From positions 1 to 32,000 of the forward strand of contig DASYBT010000029.1 in assembly GCA_036500585.1 (NCBI GenBank): a stretch of 32,000 bases of DNA, in the 5' to 3' direction. The position numbers and the translations under genes are program-made. This DNA is from Rhizomicrobium sp. (GTDB lineage Bacteria > Pseudomonadota > Alphaproteobacteria > Micropepsales > Micropepsaceae). The notes under the pieces were generated by a model. It saw only the letters and a list, made by a program, of their open reading frames with translations, was not told the origin of the DNA and made no database searches. Below are positions 6,038 to 14,583 of this stretch, piece by piece; positions within the stretch are counted from its first letter, which is position 1, and each line of letters begins with the position of its first letter.

Positions 6038-6280
6038 TCAGCTGCCGCGCGCGTTCACCGTATGCGTCACGGCCGCGACCGCAGCGTTGGGGTGGATATT
6101 TGCCGCCGCGAATTTCTCCGCCCCTTCGATCAGGGCGTTGGCGATCGCTGCGAAAGGCGACAGCGCCGGATTGCTTGCGAGCACCGTGTCGACAGCGGTC
6201 TCTGCAATCGGCACGGCGGTTTCCATCGCCGTCTGTTCGACGGGGGCGAGAAAGCTTTGCAGGATAGGCCAGATTTTCAT
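6038..6280 (-). CDS. Small phage hypothetical protein (80 aa)
   Basis: ATG 6280 lies inside tracked ORF 6038..6562 and is preceded by GGAGA (minus strand CAACAACGGAGAAGATCAC-ATG). The product starts MKIWPILQSFLAPVEQTAMETAVPIAETAV.... Confidence 0.55.
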   Translation of the reverse strand: MKIWPILQSFLAPVEQTAMETAVPIAETAVDTVLASNPALSPFAAIANALIEGAEKFAAANIHPNAAVAAVTHTVNARGS

Positions 6281-6369
6281 GTGATCTTCTCCGTTGTTGT
6301 CGTGAAATGACCGCGCGGTTTTCCGGGGGCGGCCGGGCCGGTTCATCCGGCGACGTGCGATTGATTCTT

Positions 6370-6393
6370 GCGAGCACGCTCTGCGTGCTTCGC
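6370..6393 (-). repeat. REP-like hairpin repeat, copy 3 (24 nt, one base shorter)
   Basis: GCGAGCACGCTCTGCGTGCTTCGC on the plus strand. It directly abuts the stop codon (6394-6396) of gene 6394..6627. Confidence 0.7.
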
Positions 6394-6627
6394 TCACACG
6401 CCGCCATGGATTTCCATGCGGCAGAGATATTCGAGCGACTGATAGAGATCGCTCCTGCGCTCGCGCACATCGGCGCGGCTGAGCGTTGCCGTGCTGCCAT
6501 TGGTGAATAGGATCGTGGCGGTGGATTCCGTGCGCCACACGCCGTCGTTGGTGCGCTCCCACTGATCGCAGTTCACATCGGCAACCGTCAGGCCGAGCGC
6601 CATCAGCGCAGCCGCAATTCCGGACAT
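6394..6627 (-). CDS. Small phage hypothetical protein (77 aa)
   Basis: The composition is balanced (MSGIAAALMALGLTVADVNCDQWERTNDGVWRTESTATILF...), unlike the Arg/Ala-rich artefact frames. It is co-directional with the tail genes. Confidence 0.5.
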   Translation of the reverse strand: MSGIAAALMALGLTVADVNCDQWERTNDGVWRTESTATILFTNGSTATLSRADVRERRSDLYQSLEYLCRMEIHGGV

Positions 6628-6678
6628 CTGCGGAATGTCAGCGGTCGCGGTGTTCGACGGCGAGCTTCGCGCGCCCGC

Positions 6679-6867
6679 TCACTGATCTGCCTCGTTCCGC
6701 GGTGGCGACCAGGTGCCGCCGGCGTTCTTCGTCCAGCCGATCCACACGCCGTCCGGCAGCACTTCTATCGTGAGGCCGGCGCCCGGGTCGTAGGGCGTGA
6801 CGCCATCCCACTCGACAACGTTTGTGACCGTGCCGATCGCATCGAGCAGCGCATACTTCGCGGCCAT
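6679..6867 (-). CDS. Small protein downstream of the tail fibre (62 aa; possible fibre accessory/assembly protein)
   Basis: ATG 6867 is preceded by AGAGGAA and lies 12 nt after the fibre stop. The product is MAAKYALLDAIGTVTNVVEWDGVTPYDPGAGLTIEVLPDGVWIGW.... The functional call rests on position only. Confidence 0.6.
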   Translation of the reverse strand: MAAKYALLDAIGTVTNVVEWDGVTPYDPGAGLTIEVLPDGVWIGWTKNAGGTWSPPRNEADQ

Positions 6868-6879
6868 GGGATTTCCTCT

Positions 6880-8616
6880 TTAGAAGTAGCTGGTCACGCG
6901 CACTTCGCCGCGCGCGCCAGCGCCGCCCGCGCCGGAATTGTTGCCGTTGAGGCTGGCACCACCGCCGCCGCCGCCACCGCCAGGCGCACCACCGGCGCCG
7001 CCGGCACCAGCCGCGGCCGTGATCGACGCTCCGCCGCCGCCGCCACCCGAGCCGCCGTAATAGGGGGCGGCACTCGACGCGATCGCGTTGCCGGCCCCGC
7101 CAGCGCCGCCGGATGTTCCGGCGCTTCCGGCGCTGGCGATGGGATTCGCGCCGCGCGAGGCCGCGCCACTCGCGGTGCCATCGAAAGCCGCGTCGGCGGT
7201 GCTGATCCCGCCGCCAACGCCGCCGCAGGTCGGCCCGGTCGAACTCACGGGCGCCGTGCCGGTGGACGTGACGGAATTCGCTCCTTGCGTCGCCGGGCTG
7301 ACGAAGGAGGATGTCTGGCTGTTGGTGCCCGTGCCATTGACGGCGCTTGTCGTTCCACCCGGGCCGGCCGATCCGCCATTGGCCTGGATGACGGAACCGA
7401 AGGACGATGTGCCGCCGGCGCTGCCGGCATTGCCGTTGCTGCTGCTCGATGTTTGAGCGGTGCCTCCATTGCCACCAGCGCCGACCGTCACCGCGGCGGT
7501 GGACGAAAGCTGCGACGCGACGACGCTAGCGAGATTGACGCTGCCGGCGGTGCCGCCGATGCCGCCGGCGCGCGCCGATGCGGCCGCGCCCTGTCGTCCG
7601 CTGCCGCCGCCACCACCGGCGCCGACACACAGCAGGTCCGCACGCGTCACCAGCGGCGGCCGCGTCCAGGTGCCGGAGGAAGTGAAGACATCGATGATCG
7701 GCGCGATCTTCCAGCGCACCGGCGTCCAGGCGCTGTCCCAGAACGCAAACAGCACCTCGTCGTATTGCGCCGACAGCCACGCCAGATCGTTGGCGGAGCT
7801 GTCCTGCACCTTGACGCGGTTGCTGCCGGAATCCTTCTTGCGAACGATCACCCAATCGTCGGCATCGGCGCTTGCGGGCAAGGTCACGACGAAGGCACCG
7901 CCGCTGGCATCCGCCCGCACCAGGCGGCCGAGATGCGTGGCGCCCACGGTCGTGGCGCCCGTCACATCGACATGCTTGAGCAGCTGCGAGCCGGTGTTGC
8001 GATTGAGGATCAGCGCCTCATAGAAGGTCGAGCCGTCTGGCGAGACCTTGAAGTGGAAATTGTCGTCGCCGGTGAGGCCAACTTCGGCACGGCCGGAGTA
8101 ATTGTCCTGGTAGAGGATCGAAGCGGTGTCGCCGCTAGCATGCTTGTTCAGCTTGGCCTGGACGCCGTTGCCGATGTTGTCGAACAGCAGCGCCGCCGAT
8201 TTTACCGCGAGCTTGTTGGTGGAATCCGCCGTCGTGTTGACGCCCACCATCGGCACATTCTGCAAGCTGATGATGCTGGCGTAATCCACCCAGGCCGAGC
8301 CGTTGTAGACGAGCAGCACGGATTCGTCGGACACATACGCGGCCAGCCCGTTGAACGGCGCGTAGAAGCGCCACGCGCCGTCGACGGAGAAGGCAATCTT
8401 GCCGTCCTGACCGGCCCAGGCGCCCGTGCCCGTCGCCTTCACCAGATAGGTGTCGCCATCGGAAGGCGAGCCCGGCGGCGTCGACAGGTCGCGATCGAGA
8501 ATGCCGCAACACACCAACGCATCGAGCTGCAGCAGCGCTTCGTTGTGCGTGACATGTTTCTGCGATTGCGATGCCGCGAGCTCGGGCAACGCCATGCGAG
8601 GCGTTTCGTCTGTCAT
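6880..8616 (-). CDS. Tail fibre: DUF2793-type N-terminal domain + central domain + Gly/Ala/Ser-rich C-terminal region
   Basis: ATG 8616 (MTDETPRMALPELAASQSQKHVTHNEALLQLDAL...GDTYLV...GAWAGQDGKIA...W.FY.P) matches the DUF2793 pattern by eye. The C-terminal ~270 aa are Gly-rich (GGAGGAGNA, GGSGGGGGGAS, GGGGGGGGAS). It follows the megatron gene after a 13-nt gap. Confidence 0.8.
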   Translation of the reverse strand: MTDETPRMALPELAASQSQKHVTHNEALLQLDALVCCGILDRDLSTPPGSPSDGDTYLVKATGTGAWAGQDGKIAFSVDGAWRFYAPFNGLAAYVSDESVLLVYNGSAWVDYASIISLQNVPMVGVNTTADSTNKLAVKSAALLFDNIGNGVQAKLNKHASGDTASILYQDNYSGRAEVGLTGDDNFHFKVSPDGSTFYEALILNRNTGSQLLKHVDVTGATTVGATHLGRLVRADASGGAFVVTLPASADADDWVIVRKKDSGSNRVKVQDSSANDLAWLSAQYDEVLFAFWDSAWTPVRWKIAPIIDVFTSSGTWTRPPLVTRADLLCVGAGGGGGSGRQGAAASARAGGIGGTAGSVNLASVVASQLSSTAAVTVGAGGNGGTAQTSSSSNGNAGSAGGTSSFGSVIQANGGSAGPGGTTSAVNGTGTNSQTSSFVSPATQGANSVTSTGTAPVSSTGPTCGGVGGGISTADAAFDGTASGAASRGANPIASAGSAGTSGGAGGAGNAIASSAAPYYGGSGGGGGGASITAAAGAGGAGGAPGGGGGGGGASLNGNNSGAGGAGARGEVRVTSYF

Positions 8617-8629
8617 GGTCTCTGTCCTT

Positions 8630-11600
8630 TCAGGAAAAGAGGATGGAGGCGGACGCTGGCGTGCCGCGGCCAATTTTCGAGGAGTTCTGGTACACGGTGA
8701 AGCGGAACGGCGACGGCAGCCCGCTCGGGAAATCGCTCGCGATCTCGCCCGCCGTGTAGGTCGCGGCGGCCGACGAGAGCGCGGCGAAGGTGCGCTTCAC
8801 GGCGCCGGCACCATCGAGAATATCGACATCGTAGCTCTCGCTCTGCTCGCTCATCGGGATCTCGGTCTGATCCCACGAATCCGCATCGGGCGAGCGATCG
8901 CGCCTGAGCCACGTCAGCAGGAGATCGCCGCTCGCGTCGTAGACGGCGTCGAGCTGGCACGGCGAGAATGGCCGCAAGCCAACGCCCGCGAAAGTAAACG
9001 CGCCGCTCTGATACGCGGGATCGGAGATGTCCTTGTCCTGCGGCCCCCACAGATAATTGAAGGCGAGGTTGAACTCGTTCTGCGCGAGATCGAGCTGCAG
9101 CAGCGTGGTATCCAGCACCAGCACGCGCGCGCCGGCGGCCACGGGATCGCGCATCTGGGCTTCCGTGCCGCGCTGGCCGCGCAACAGGTTGGTGAGTTTC
9201 CATTGCCCGGAGCCGATCAACTCCGCCGTCTCGAACTGCACGATCTCCCAGCGGCCATCGGCATTCTCGATGGCCAGCGCATTCGCGCCGCCGAACACGG
9301 TGATGTCGTCGGAAGCGGAAGACAGCGTTCCGTCGTACAGCTCGACGTTCAGTTCGTTCACGCGGTCCCAGCGCCAGGCGGGCCCGGAATAGAAATCGAG
9401 CAAGGTCACGCCGATGCTGGCGGCCGTCGGAATGGCCGTGTCGAGCTGGTAGTTCGTGTCGGTGGCGCTCCGGAAGATCAGCACCTGGCCCGGCCACGGT
9501 GCGCCGAACGCGCCCACGTAGGGCGACCACGCAACCGCATCGTCCGTCAGCATCGGCAGGTCGGCGAACACGACCAGGTCGCGGCCGGTGTCGAGCGGCA
9601 GGATGACGGGATGCGTCGAGCGCGCCGGGCCGGTGAAGGCTTCGTAGATCGACGGATCGGTCACCGTCGCCGAGATGGCACGCGAAGCCGTGTCGTTGAT
9701 TTCCGTCACGCGCATGCGGCGGGTGCGGGTGCCCGCCGTGATCACGATTTCATCGGCCGGATCGAGCGCGGTGAACAGCGGCGGCAGCGAGAACGCGCCG
9801 GTGCCGCGCGACGTCCATGCTTCCTGGATCAACCGGTCGCCGATGCCGCCCATCTGCGAACGGTCCATCACGAAGGGCAGCGAGACTTGATCGATGCGGT
9901 TCGAGTTTCCGACCAGGCGCTTCGCCTGATACACGCCCTGCTGATAATCGTTGCCGGCATCGATGAAGGTGAAACGCCACGCCAGCGGCAGATCGTCCGT
10001 CTGCGCATCGGTGAAGGTGAAGCTGAAATTCTGGTCGGATTCGGGATCGACCACCAGATCGCCCTCGTCGATCTCGGTGACGTTCGGCTGTCCGCGCATG
10101 ACGAACTTGATTAGGCCCTGGCTTTCCACCGCATCGAAAAAGAACGCCGTCATCAGCGGGCTGATCTCGTCGCGCCCGCTCATCGTGCTGTTGCGCATGA
10201 AGCCGGTCACGATGCCGGACAGGTTCGACACGTCGTAATCTTCGAAGCCGTTGTAGTCGCAAATCTCCGCGACCAGATCGGACAGCAGCACGGCGCCGAG
10301 GCGTCCGTTGAGCCAATGGCCGAGATCGTAGTTCGCGCAATCCGCCCACAGATCGGACCGCTGCGGGAAGAACGGGAACGGGCGCGCATCCCAGCACCAT
10401 ACGCTGGTGCTGTCGAAGTCGAGCATCGGCGCGCCGTAGACCGTCGAGGTCGGATTGTTCGCCGACAGCGGCCAATAGTTCAGATGCGCCTCGAGGAAGG
10501 CGCGCTGCATGAGATCGTCGCGCTCGCCGGTCGAGAAATAGGGCAGGAAGCTTTCGGAGCTTTTCGGATCGACGAAGACGTTGGGCTGATTGGCGCCCTT
10601 GTTGACGGCCGGGCAACCGAGCTCGGTGAAACGGATCGGCTTGGATTCGGAAACCCAATCGGTGGCCGTTCCGCTCTCCGAACCATCCGGACGGTCATAG
10701 TGCGCGTTGCTCCACCAGTTCCACAGATCTTTGGGGCGGAACACCCAGGGCTTGTCCGCCACGCCATCGGTGATCGCGGTGCGCGTCTGCGCGATGCGTT
10801 CCGGCGAGGCTTCGTTTCCGGTGGCGCCGGACGACGGGTAATACCAGTCGTAGCCTTCGCCGCCCTTGATGTTGGCTTGCAGATAAGCGCGGCCGTAGAT
10901 CGATGTGGGGCCGTTGACCGCGTCGTAATCGAGGCCGCCGCCGTCGCGCCAATCCGCCAGCGGCATGTAATTGTCGATGCCGACGAAATCGATGTGGGAA
11001 TCGCTCCACAAGGGATCGAGGTTGAACAGCACCGCGCCGGCGGCATCGCCCGTCTGATGGTTGTTGTACTCGCTCCAGTCCGCCGCGTAGGACACCTTGC
11101 AGCCGGAACCGACAATCGCCTTCACATCCGCGGCCAGGGTCTTGAGCGCGGCGACGGCGGGATAGGTCGTGGCGTCGCTGCGCACACGCGTGAGCCCGCG
11201 CAACTCGGAGCCGATGATGAAGGTCTCGACGCCGCCGGCCGCCACGCACAGCTTGGCGTAGTGCAGCACCATGCGGCGCCAGCCCCAGTCGTCGCCGCCG
11301 GTCCAGCTTACACTTGTTCCGCTCACGGAGTAATCGGAAGACGAGGCGTTGCCGAAGAAGGCATCGACCTGGGTTGTGGCCGTGGACGTTTGATCGACCG
11401 TGCCCGCGAACCCGGCCGCCGGCGAGCAGGTGATGCGCCCGCGCCAGGGAAACGCCGGCTGTCCCGTCGTGCTCGCATTGTCGGAATAGGGATCGGGCAG
11501 CGAATTGCCGCTCGCGATGTCCATGAAGAGGAAGGGATAGAACGTCACGCGATAGCCGCGCGACTTCAAATCCGCAATCGCCTGCACCACGCCGTCATCC

Positions 11601-12622
11601 GAGGGCGTTCCGCCATAGCTCGGGCGGCCGCCAACTTGCGAGACTTCCTCGGCATCGCCGCGCGAGAGGCCGTTGACCGTCCAGCTCTTCGGATAGGTCT
11701 GCTTGTCGTGCGTCTCGACCTTCGGCTTGATCAGGCAGGAGCCGGCGCGCTCGTCGCTGCCGAACCATCCCACCACCAGCGAAACCGTCTGCACGTTCGG
11801 CGCGATCGCCTGCAGATCGTTCATCGACGACACGTAGTCTGCGATGCCGTCCGAATTGTTCTTGTTCTGCGTCGAGGTGGTGCCGGCGCCATCGTCCGTC
11901 GAGATGACGTCGGTCTGGTAGACGAACTCGCCGGCGCCGGGGATCAGGTTGACGCCGACCAGCACGTTCTCCAGCGCGTCGGCGCGGTCCGCCGTGATCG
12001 AGCGCACCAGCTCGAATTGCAGTTGCGGGATTCGATTGCCGAACGGGGTGAGGTCCAAATCCTCGAACACGACATAGCAATGCCCGCGATAGGCGGGATT
12101 GTTGCCGTCGCCCTCGATCTCTTCCGTCAGCGGATCGGGCAGCTGATCTTCCGTGCCCTGATAAAAGCGCAAGGTGAGCTTGCTGGCATCGATCAGTTGC
12201 CCGTCCGCCCAAATGCGGCCCAGCTTGTGGACGACGCCTTCGCACAGCCCGATCGCGATGGAGATCGAGTAGCTGTAGGTCGTGGTTTGCGTGCCACCGC
12301 CGAACCCTTTGCCGCCGGAGCTCTCGGTCTTCTTCTTTTCCTTGTACTTCGTGCGCCAGATCAGCTGCCCGGCGATACGGATATAGCCGTCGATGCGCGG
12401 AATCGGCGTCCCTTCGGTCGACGTCGTGATGTTGGTGTCGGTGAGCCGCGGGCCCTTCTGCGAGGTGGTCTGGCCGAACAGCATCTGATCGACGATGCCG
12501 CCAACCGCCGTGCCGATGAAGCCGCCGATCTCCGCGCCGGAGACAGCCACGCCGAACAGCGAAAAGCTGCCGAGGCCGGCGCCGAGGGCGGAGCCGGCCA
12601 GTCCCAAGACCAGCGATGCCAT
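8630..12622 (-). CDS. Host-specificity / baseplate 'megatron' protein (RcGTA g15-like)
   Basis: ATG 12622 (MASLVLGLAGSALGAGLG...) overlaps the upstream stop (TAATG). There is a Gly-rich N-terminal membrane segment. GGKGFGGGTQTTTYSYSISIAIGLCEG...LGRIWADGQLID is typical of the g15 family. The product is 1330 aa. Confidence 0.9.
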   Translation of the reverse strand: MASLVLGLAGSALGAGLGSFSLFGVAVSGAEIGGFIGTAVGGIVDQMLFGQTTSQKGPRLTDTNITTSTEGTPIPRIDGYIRIAGQLIWRTKYKEKKKTESSGGKGFGGGTQTTTYSYSISIAIGLCEGVVHKLGRIWADGQLIDASKLTLRFYQGTEDQLPDPLTEEIEGDGNNPAYRGHCYVVFEDLDLTPFGNRIPQLQFELVRSITADRADALENVLVGVNLIPGAGEFVYQTDVISTDDGAGTTSTQNKNNSDGIADYVSSMNDLQAIAPNVQTVSLVVGWFGSDERAGSCLIKPKVETHDKQTYPKSWTVNGLSRGDAEEVSQVGGRPSYGGTPSDDGVVQAIADLKSRGYRVTFYPFLFMDIASGNSLPDPYSDNASTTGQPAFPWRGRITCSPAAGFAGTVDQTSTATTQVDAFFGNASSSDYSVSGTSVSWTGGDDWGWRRMVLHYAKLCVAAGGVETFIIGSELRGLTRVRSDATTYPAVAALKTLAADVKAIVGSGCKVSYAADWSEYNNHQTGDAAGAVLFNLDPLWSDSHIDFVGIDNYMPLADWRDGGGLDYDAVNGPTSIYGRAYLQANIKGGEGYDWYYPSSGATGNEASPERIAQTRTAITDGVADKPWVFRPKDLWNWWSNAHYDRPDGSESGTATDWVSESKPIRFTELGCPAVNKGANQPNVFVDPKSSESFLPYFSTGERDDLMQRAFLEAHLNYWPLSANNPTSTVYGAPMLDFDSTSVWCWDARPFPFFPQRSDLWADCANYDLGHWLNGRLGAVLLSDLVAEICDYNGFEDYDVSNLSGIVTGFMRNSTMSGRDEISPLMTAFFFDAVESQGLIKFVMRGQPNVTEIDEGDLVVDPESDQNFSFTFTDAQTDDLPLAWRFTFIDAGNDYQQGVYQAKRLVGNSNRIDQVSLPFVMDRSQMGGIGDRLIQEAWTSRGTGAFSLPPLFTALDPADEIVITAGTRTRRMRVTEINDTASRAISATVTDPSIYEAFTGPARSTHPVILPLDTGRDLVVFADLPMLTDDAVAWSPYVGAFGAPWPGQVLIFRSATDTNYQLDTAIPTAASIGVTLLDFYSGPAWRWDRVNELNVELYDGTLSSASDDITVFGGANALAIENADGRWEIVQFETAELIGSGQWKLTNLLRGQRGTEAQMRDPVAAGARVLVLDTTLLQLDLAQNEFNLAFNYLWGPQDKDISDPAYQSGAFTFAGVGLRPFSPCQLDAVYDASGDLLLTWLRRDRSPDADSWDQTEIPMSEQSESYDVDILDGAGAVKRTFAALSSAAATYTAGEIASDFPSGLPSPFRFTVYQNSSKIGRGTPASASILFS

Positions 12623-13065
12623 TAGCGCGCTTGGCCGCCAGAGGGCATGGCGAAGGCGTAGGCGAGCTTGCGCAACCACGCGCCCGTGAACATCTCCTCA
12701 CTCACGCGCTTGTTCTGACGGGCGTGAATCAGCGTGCGCCGACCGTCCATCTGACCGACGATGCCGCAATGCTTTGCCGGACCGTGGGTCAACATGCGGA
12801 ACAGAACGATGTTGCCCGGCGCAATCGCATGCAGCGCGACTGGCGCCAGATGGCGCGCCAGCGCATCGCGCAAGGTCTCCTGCCGCTTCGCCTCGGCCCA
12901 GTCAGCGGAATAGGCCGGCAAGCCTTCCGGCTCGGGGCCGACCAATTCGCGCCAGATGCCGCGCAACAGGCCGAGACAATCGCAGCCCACGCCCTTGACG
13001 CTCGCCTGATGGATGTACGGCGTGCCGAGCCATGCGCGCGCGGCGGCGACAATTTCAGTTTCCAT
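12622..13065 (-). CDS. Phage cell-wall peptidase, NlpC/P60 family (RcGTA g14-like)
   Basis: AARAWLGTPYIHQASVKGVGCDCLGLLRGIWREL contains the catalytic Cys context, and a His lies in the segment HCGIV. It sits between the g13-like and g15-like genes. Confidence 0.9.
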   Translation of the reverse strand: METEIVAAARAWLGTPYIHQASVKGVGCDCLGLLRGIWRELVGPEPEGLPAYSADWAEAKRQETLRDALARHLAPVALHAIAPGNIVLFRMLTHGPAKHCGIVGQMDGRRTLIHARQNKRVSEEMFTGAWLRKLAYAFAMPSGGQAR

Positions 13066-13957
13066 AATAGCTCCCGCCGTCCATGTCCTGATTGGAGTTC
13101 GGATAGGACGTGATCGAATCGTTGCCCGGCATGTAGGGAAAGCCGCGGTAATTCTTCACGTTGGCGAACTTCGCCTTGCAGGTCGGAAACTGCTTGTCGC
13201 ATCCGGCCGTGATCTTGAACGTATCGGCGACCGCCACATCCCGGCTCATCGGCTGCCACAGCTCGATGGTCGTCACGCCGGCGACCACGGAATAGCGCTT
13301 CACTTCCATCGCCAGGCCAGCATTGGCGCCCGTCAGCCAGGTGAGCTTGCCGCCGCCGCACCATGTATCGACAAAGCTCAAACCGGTCGCGGTGAAGCGG
13401 CGGTTGTCGGTCAACGCCGCCACCGTGCCGTTGCCGAGAAACGCTGGATCGGTGAGATCGACTTCGCCATTTGGCGAGCAGCGGGAATCGCCGAGATCGG
13501 CATCACAGGCATAGCCGAAGGCGCGCCCTTGCGGCTGGTTGAGCGCTTGCGCCAGCCCGCGGATTTCCGCCTGAAACGCCGCCTTGCCGCGTTTGACTTC
13601 GCCGAGCGTGCCCTTGCGCATCAGTACGCGCTGCGAGGTGTCCGCCCAGTTGACGCGCCAGATCTCGATCTCGGCGCTGTCGTACAGCCCGGCTCCGAGA
13701 TCGTCCTCGTTGAGATCGCCGGACGATAGCGCGCCGGAGGCTTCGAGGTTGTCCACCTGCAGCCCGAGCGATCCCTGCATCTGCGACGCGGTGAAGCCGG
13801 TTGCCGCGGCATAGGTCACGCCATCGAAGGAAAGGTCGCGGTCGTGATCGGTGAAGCCCTGCACCACATCGTCATTGCGGGTGAGCTTCCAGCACCACGC
13901 GAGCGTGGTGACTGTCTGCGCGATGTGCGCGGCCAAACCGGAATCGAGAGTCTTCAT
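13055..13957 (-). CDS. Distal tail/hub protein, DUF2163 + BR0599-type (RcGTA g13-like)
   Basis: MKTLDSGLAAHIAQTVTTLAWCWKLTRNDDVVQGFTDHDRDLSFDGVTYAAATGF... is the canonical N-terminus of this family. The start forms an ATGA overlap with the stop of the upstream g12-like gene, and its own stop overlaps the downstream NlpC/P60 gene by 11 nt. Confidence 0.9.
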   Translation of the reverse strand: MKTLDSGLAAHIAQTVTTLAWCWKLTRNDDVVQGFTDHDRDLSFDGVTYAAATGFTASQMQGSLGLQVDNLEASGALSSGDLNEDDLGAGLYDSAEIEIWRVNWADTSQRVLMRKGTLGEVKRGKAAFQAEIRGLAQALNQPQGRAFGYACDADLGDSRCSPNGEVDLTDPAFLGNGTVAALTDNRRFTATGLSFVDTWCGGGKLTWLTGANAGLAMEVKRYSVVAGVTTIELWQPMSRDVAVADTFKITAGCDKQFPTCKAKFANVKNYRGFPYMPGNDSITSYPNSNQDMDGGSYYGN

Positions 13958-14547
13958 TCGTCGGTGACCTCGATGAGATCGATCTGCGTCACGATCTGGT
14001 TGTCGTAGGAGTTCGCCTGCACCGGCAGCTGGTCGATGTCGTAGCGCACGGGCACGTTGAACTGAAACGCGGCGGTCGGCGTGGCGGACGGCGCGGATGC
14101 AAAGGTGATGATGCCGGTGAGATAATCGATGGACGCCGGCGTGACGATGCTGCCGCTGACCTTCACCACCACCGTTCCGTTCACCGGCCTCAGGATCGTG
14201 CGGACGAAGGTGTTGGCGCCGACGGCGTAGTTCTTGACGATCTGAAATGTGGTGCTCGTCAGCTGGACGGTCGCATTGTCGCCGCCGGAATCGAAATCCG
14301 TCCAGTCCTTGAACGGGAACGAATGGCCGCGCCCGAAGACATTGCGGAAGTGCGCGATAACATCCGCCATCTGGGCGCGCGTGCGCACGCCGGTGGAGAT
14401 GTTGTATTTCGCCCGAGCCTGGCTCCAGCGGATGTTGCGCTGCTCGCCGCCGGAGCCGAGCGCCACAACATCCGTCAGGAAGCCGGGGCCGCCCGTTGCG
14501 CCGCGCGCCACCGCGTCCGGAAAGGGTGCATCGCTCAAATAGGCCAT
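13954..14547 (-). CDS. Distal tail protein, DUF2460 (RcGTA g12-like)
   Basis: The product starts MAYLSDAPFPDAVARGATGGPGFLTDVVALGSGGEQRNIRWSQARAKYNIS.... It follows the tape measure gene. Confidence 0.85.
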   Translation of the reverse strand: MAYLSDAPFPDAVARGATGGPGFLTDVVALGSGGEQRNIRWSQARAKYNISTGVRTRAQMADVIAHFRNVFGRGHSFPFKDWTDFDSGGDNATVQLTSTTFQIVKNYAVGANTFVRTILRPVNGTVVVKVSGSIVTPASIDYLTGIITFASAPSATPTAAFQFNVPVRYDIDQLPVQANSYDNQIVTQIDLIEVTDE

Positions 14548-14583
14548 GCTATTGTTGTCCTACCGCTTCGCTACTTGAGGACA

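Noticed and set aside
6880-8616. Diversity-generating retroelement targeting the tail fibre
   Set aside because: No reverse transcriptase gene and no template/variable repeat pair are visible in the window. The repetitive DNA is simple Gly-codon low complexity.
7285-8700. 471-aa plus-strand ORF opposite the tail fibre gene
   Set aside because: Its composition is Arg/Ala/Gly-rich. It is fully antisense to a gene with clear family motifs (DUF2793). This is a typical high-GC antisense open frame.
8450-12625. Plus-strand ORFs 8450..10114 (554 aa) and 10316..12625 (769 aa)
   Set aside because: Both are antisense to the 1330-aa g15-like megatron gene. They have an extreme Arg/Gly/Ala/Asp bias and no recognisable motifs.
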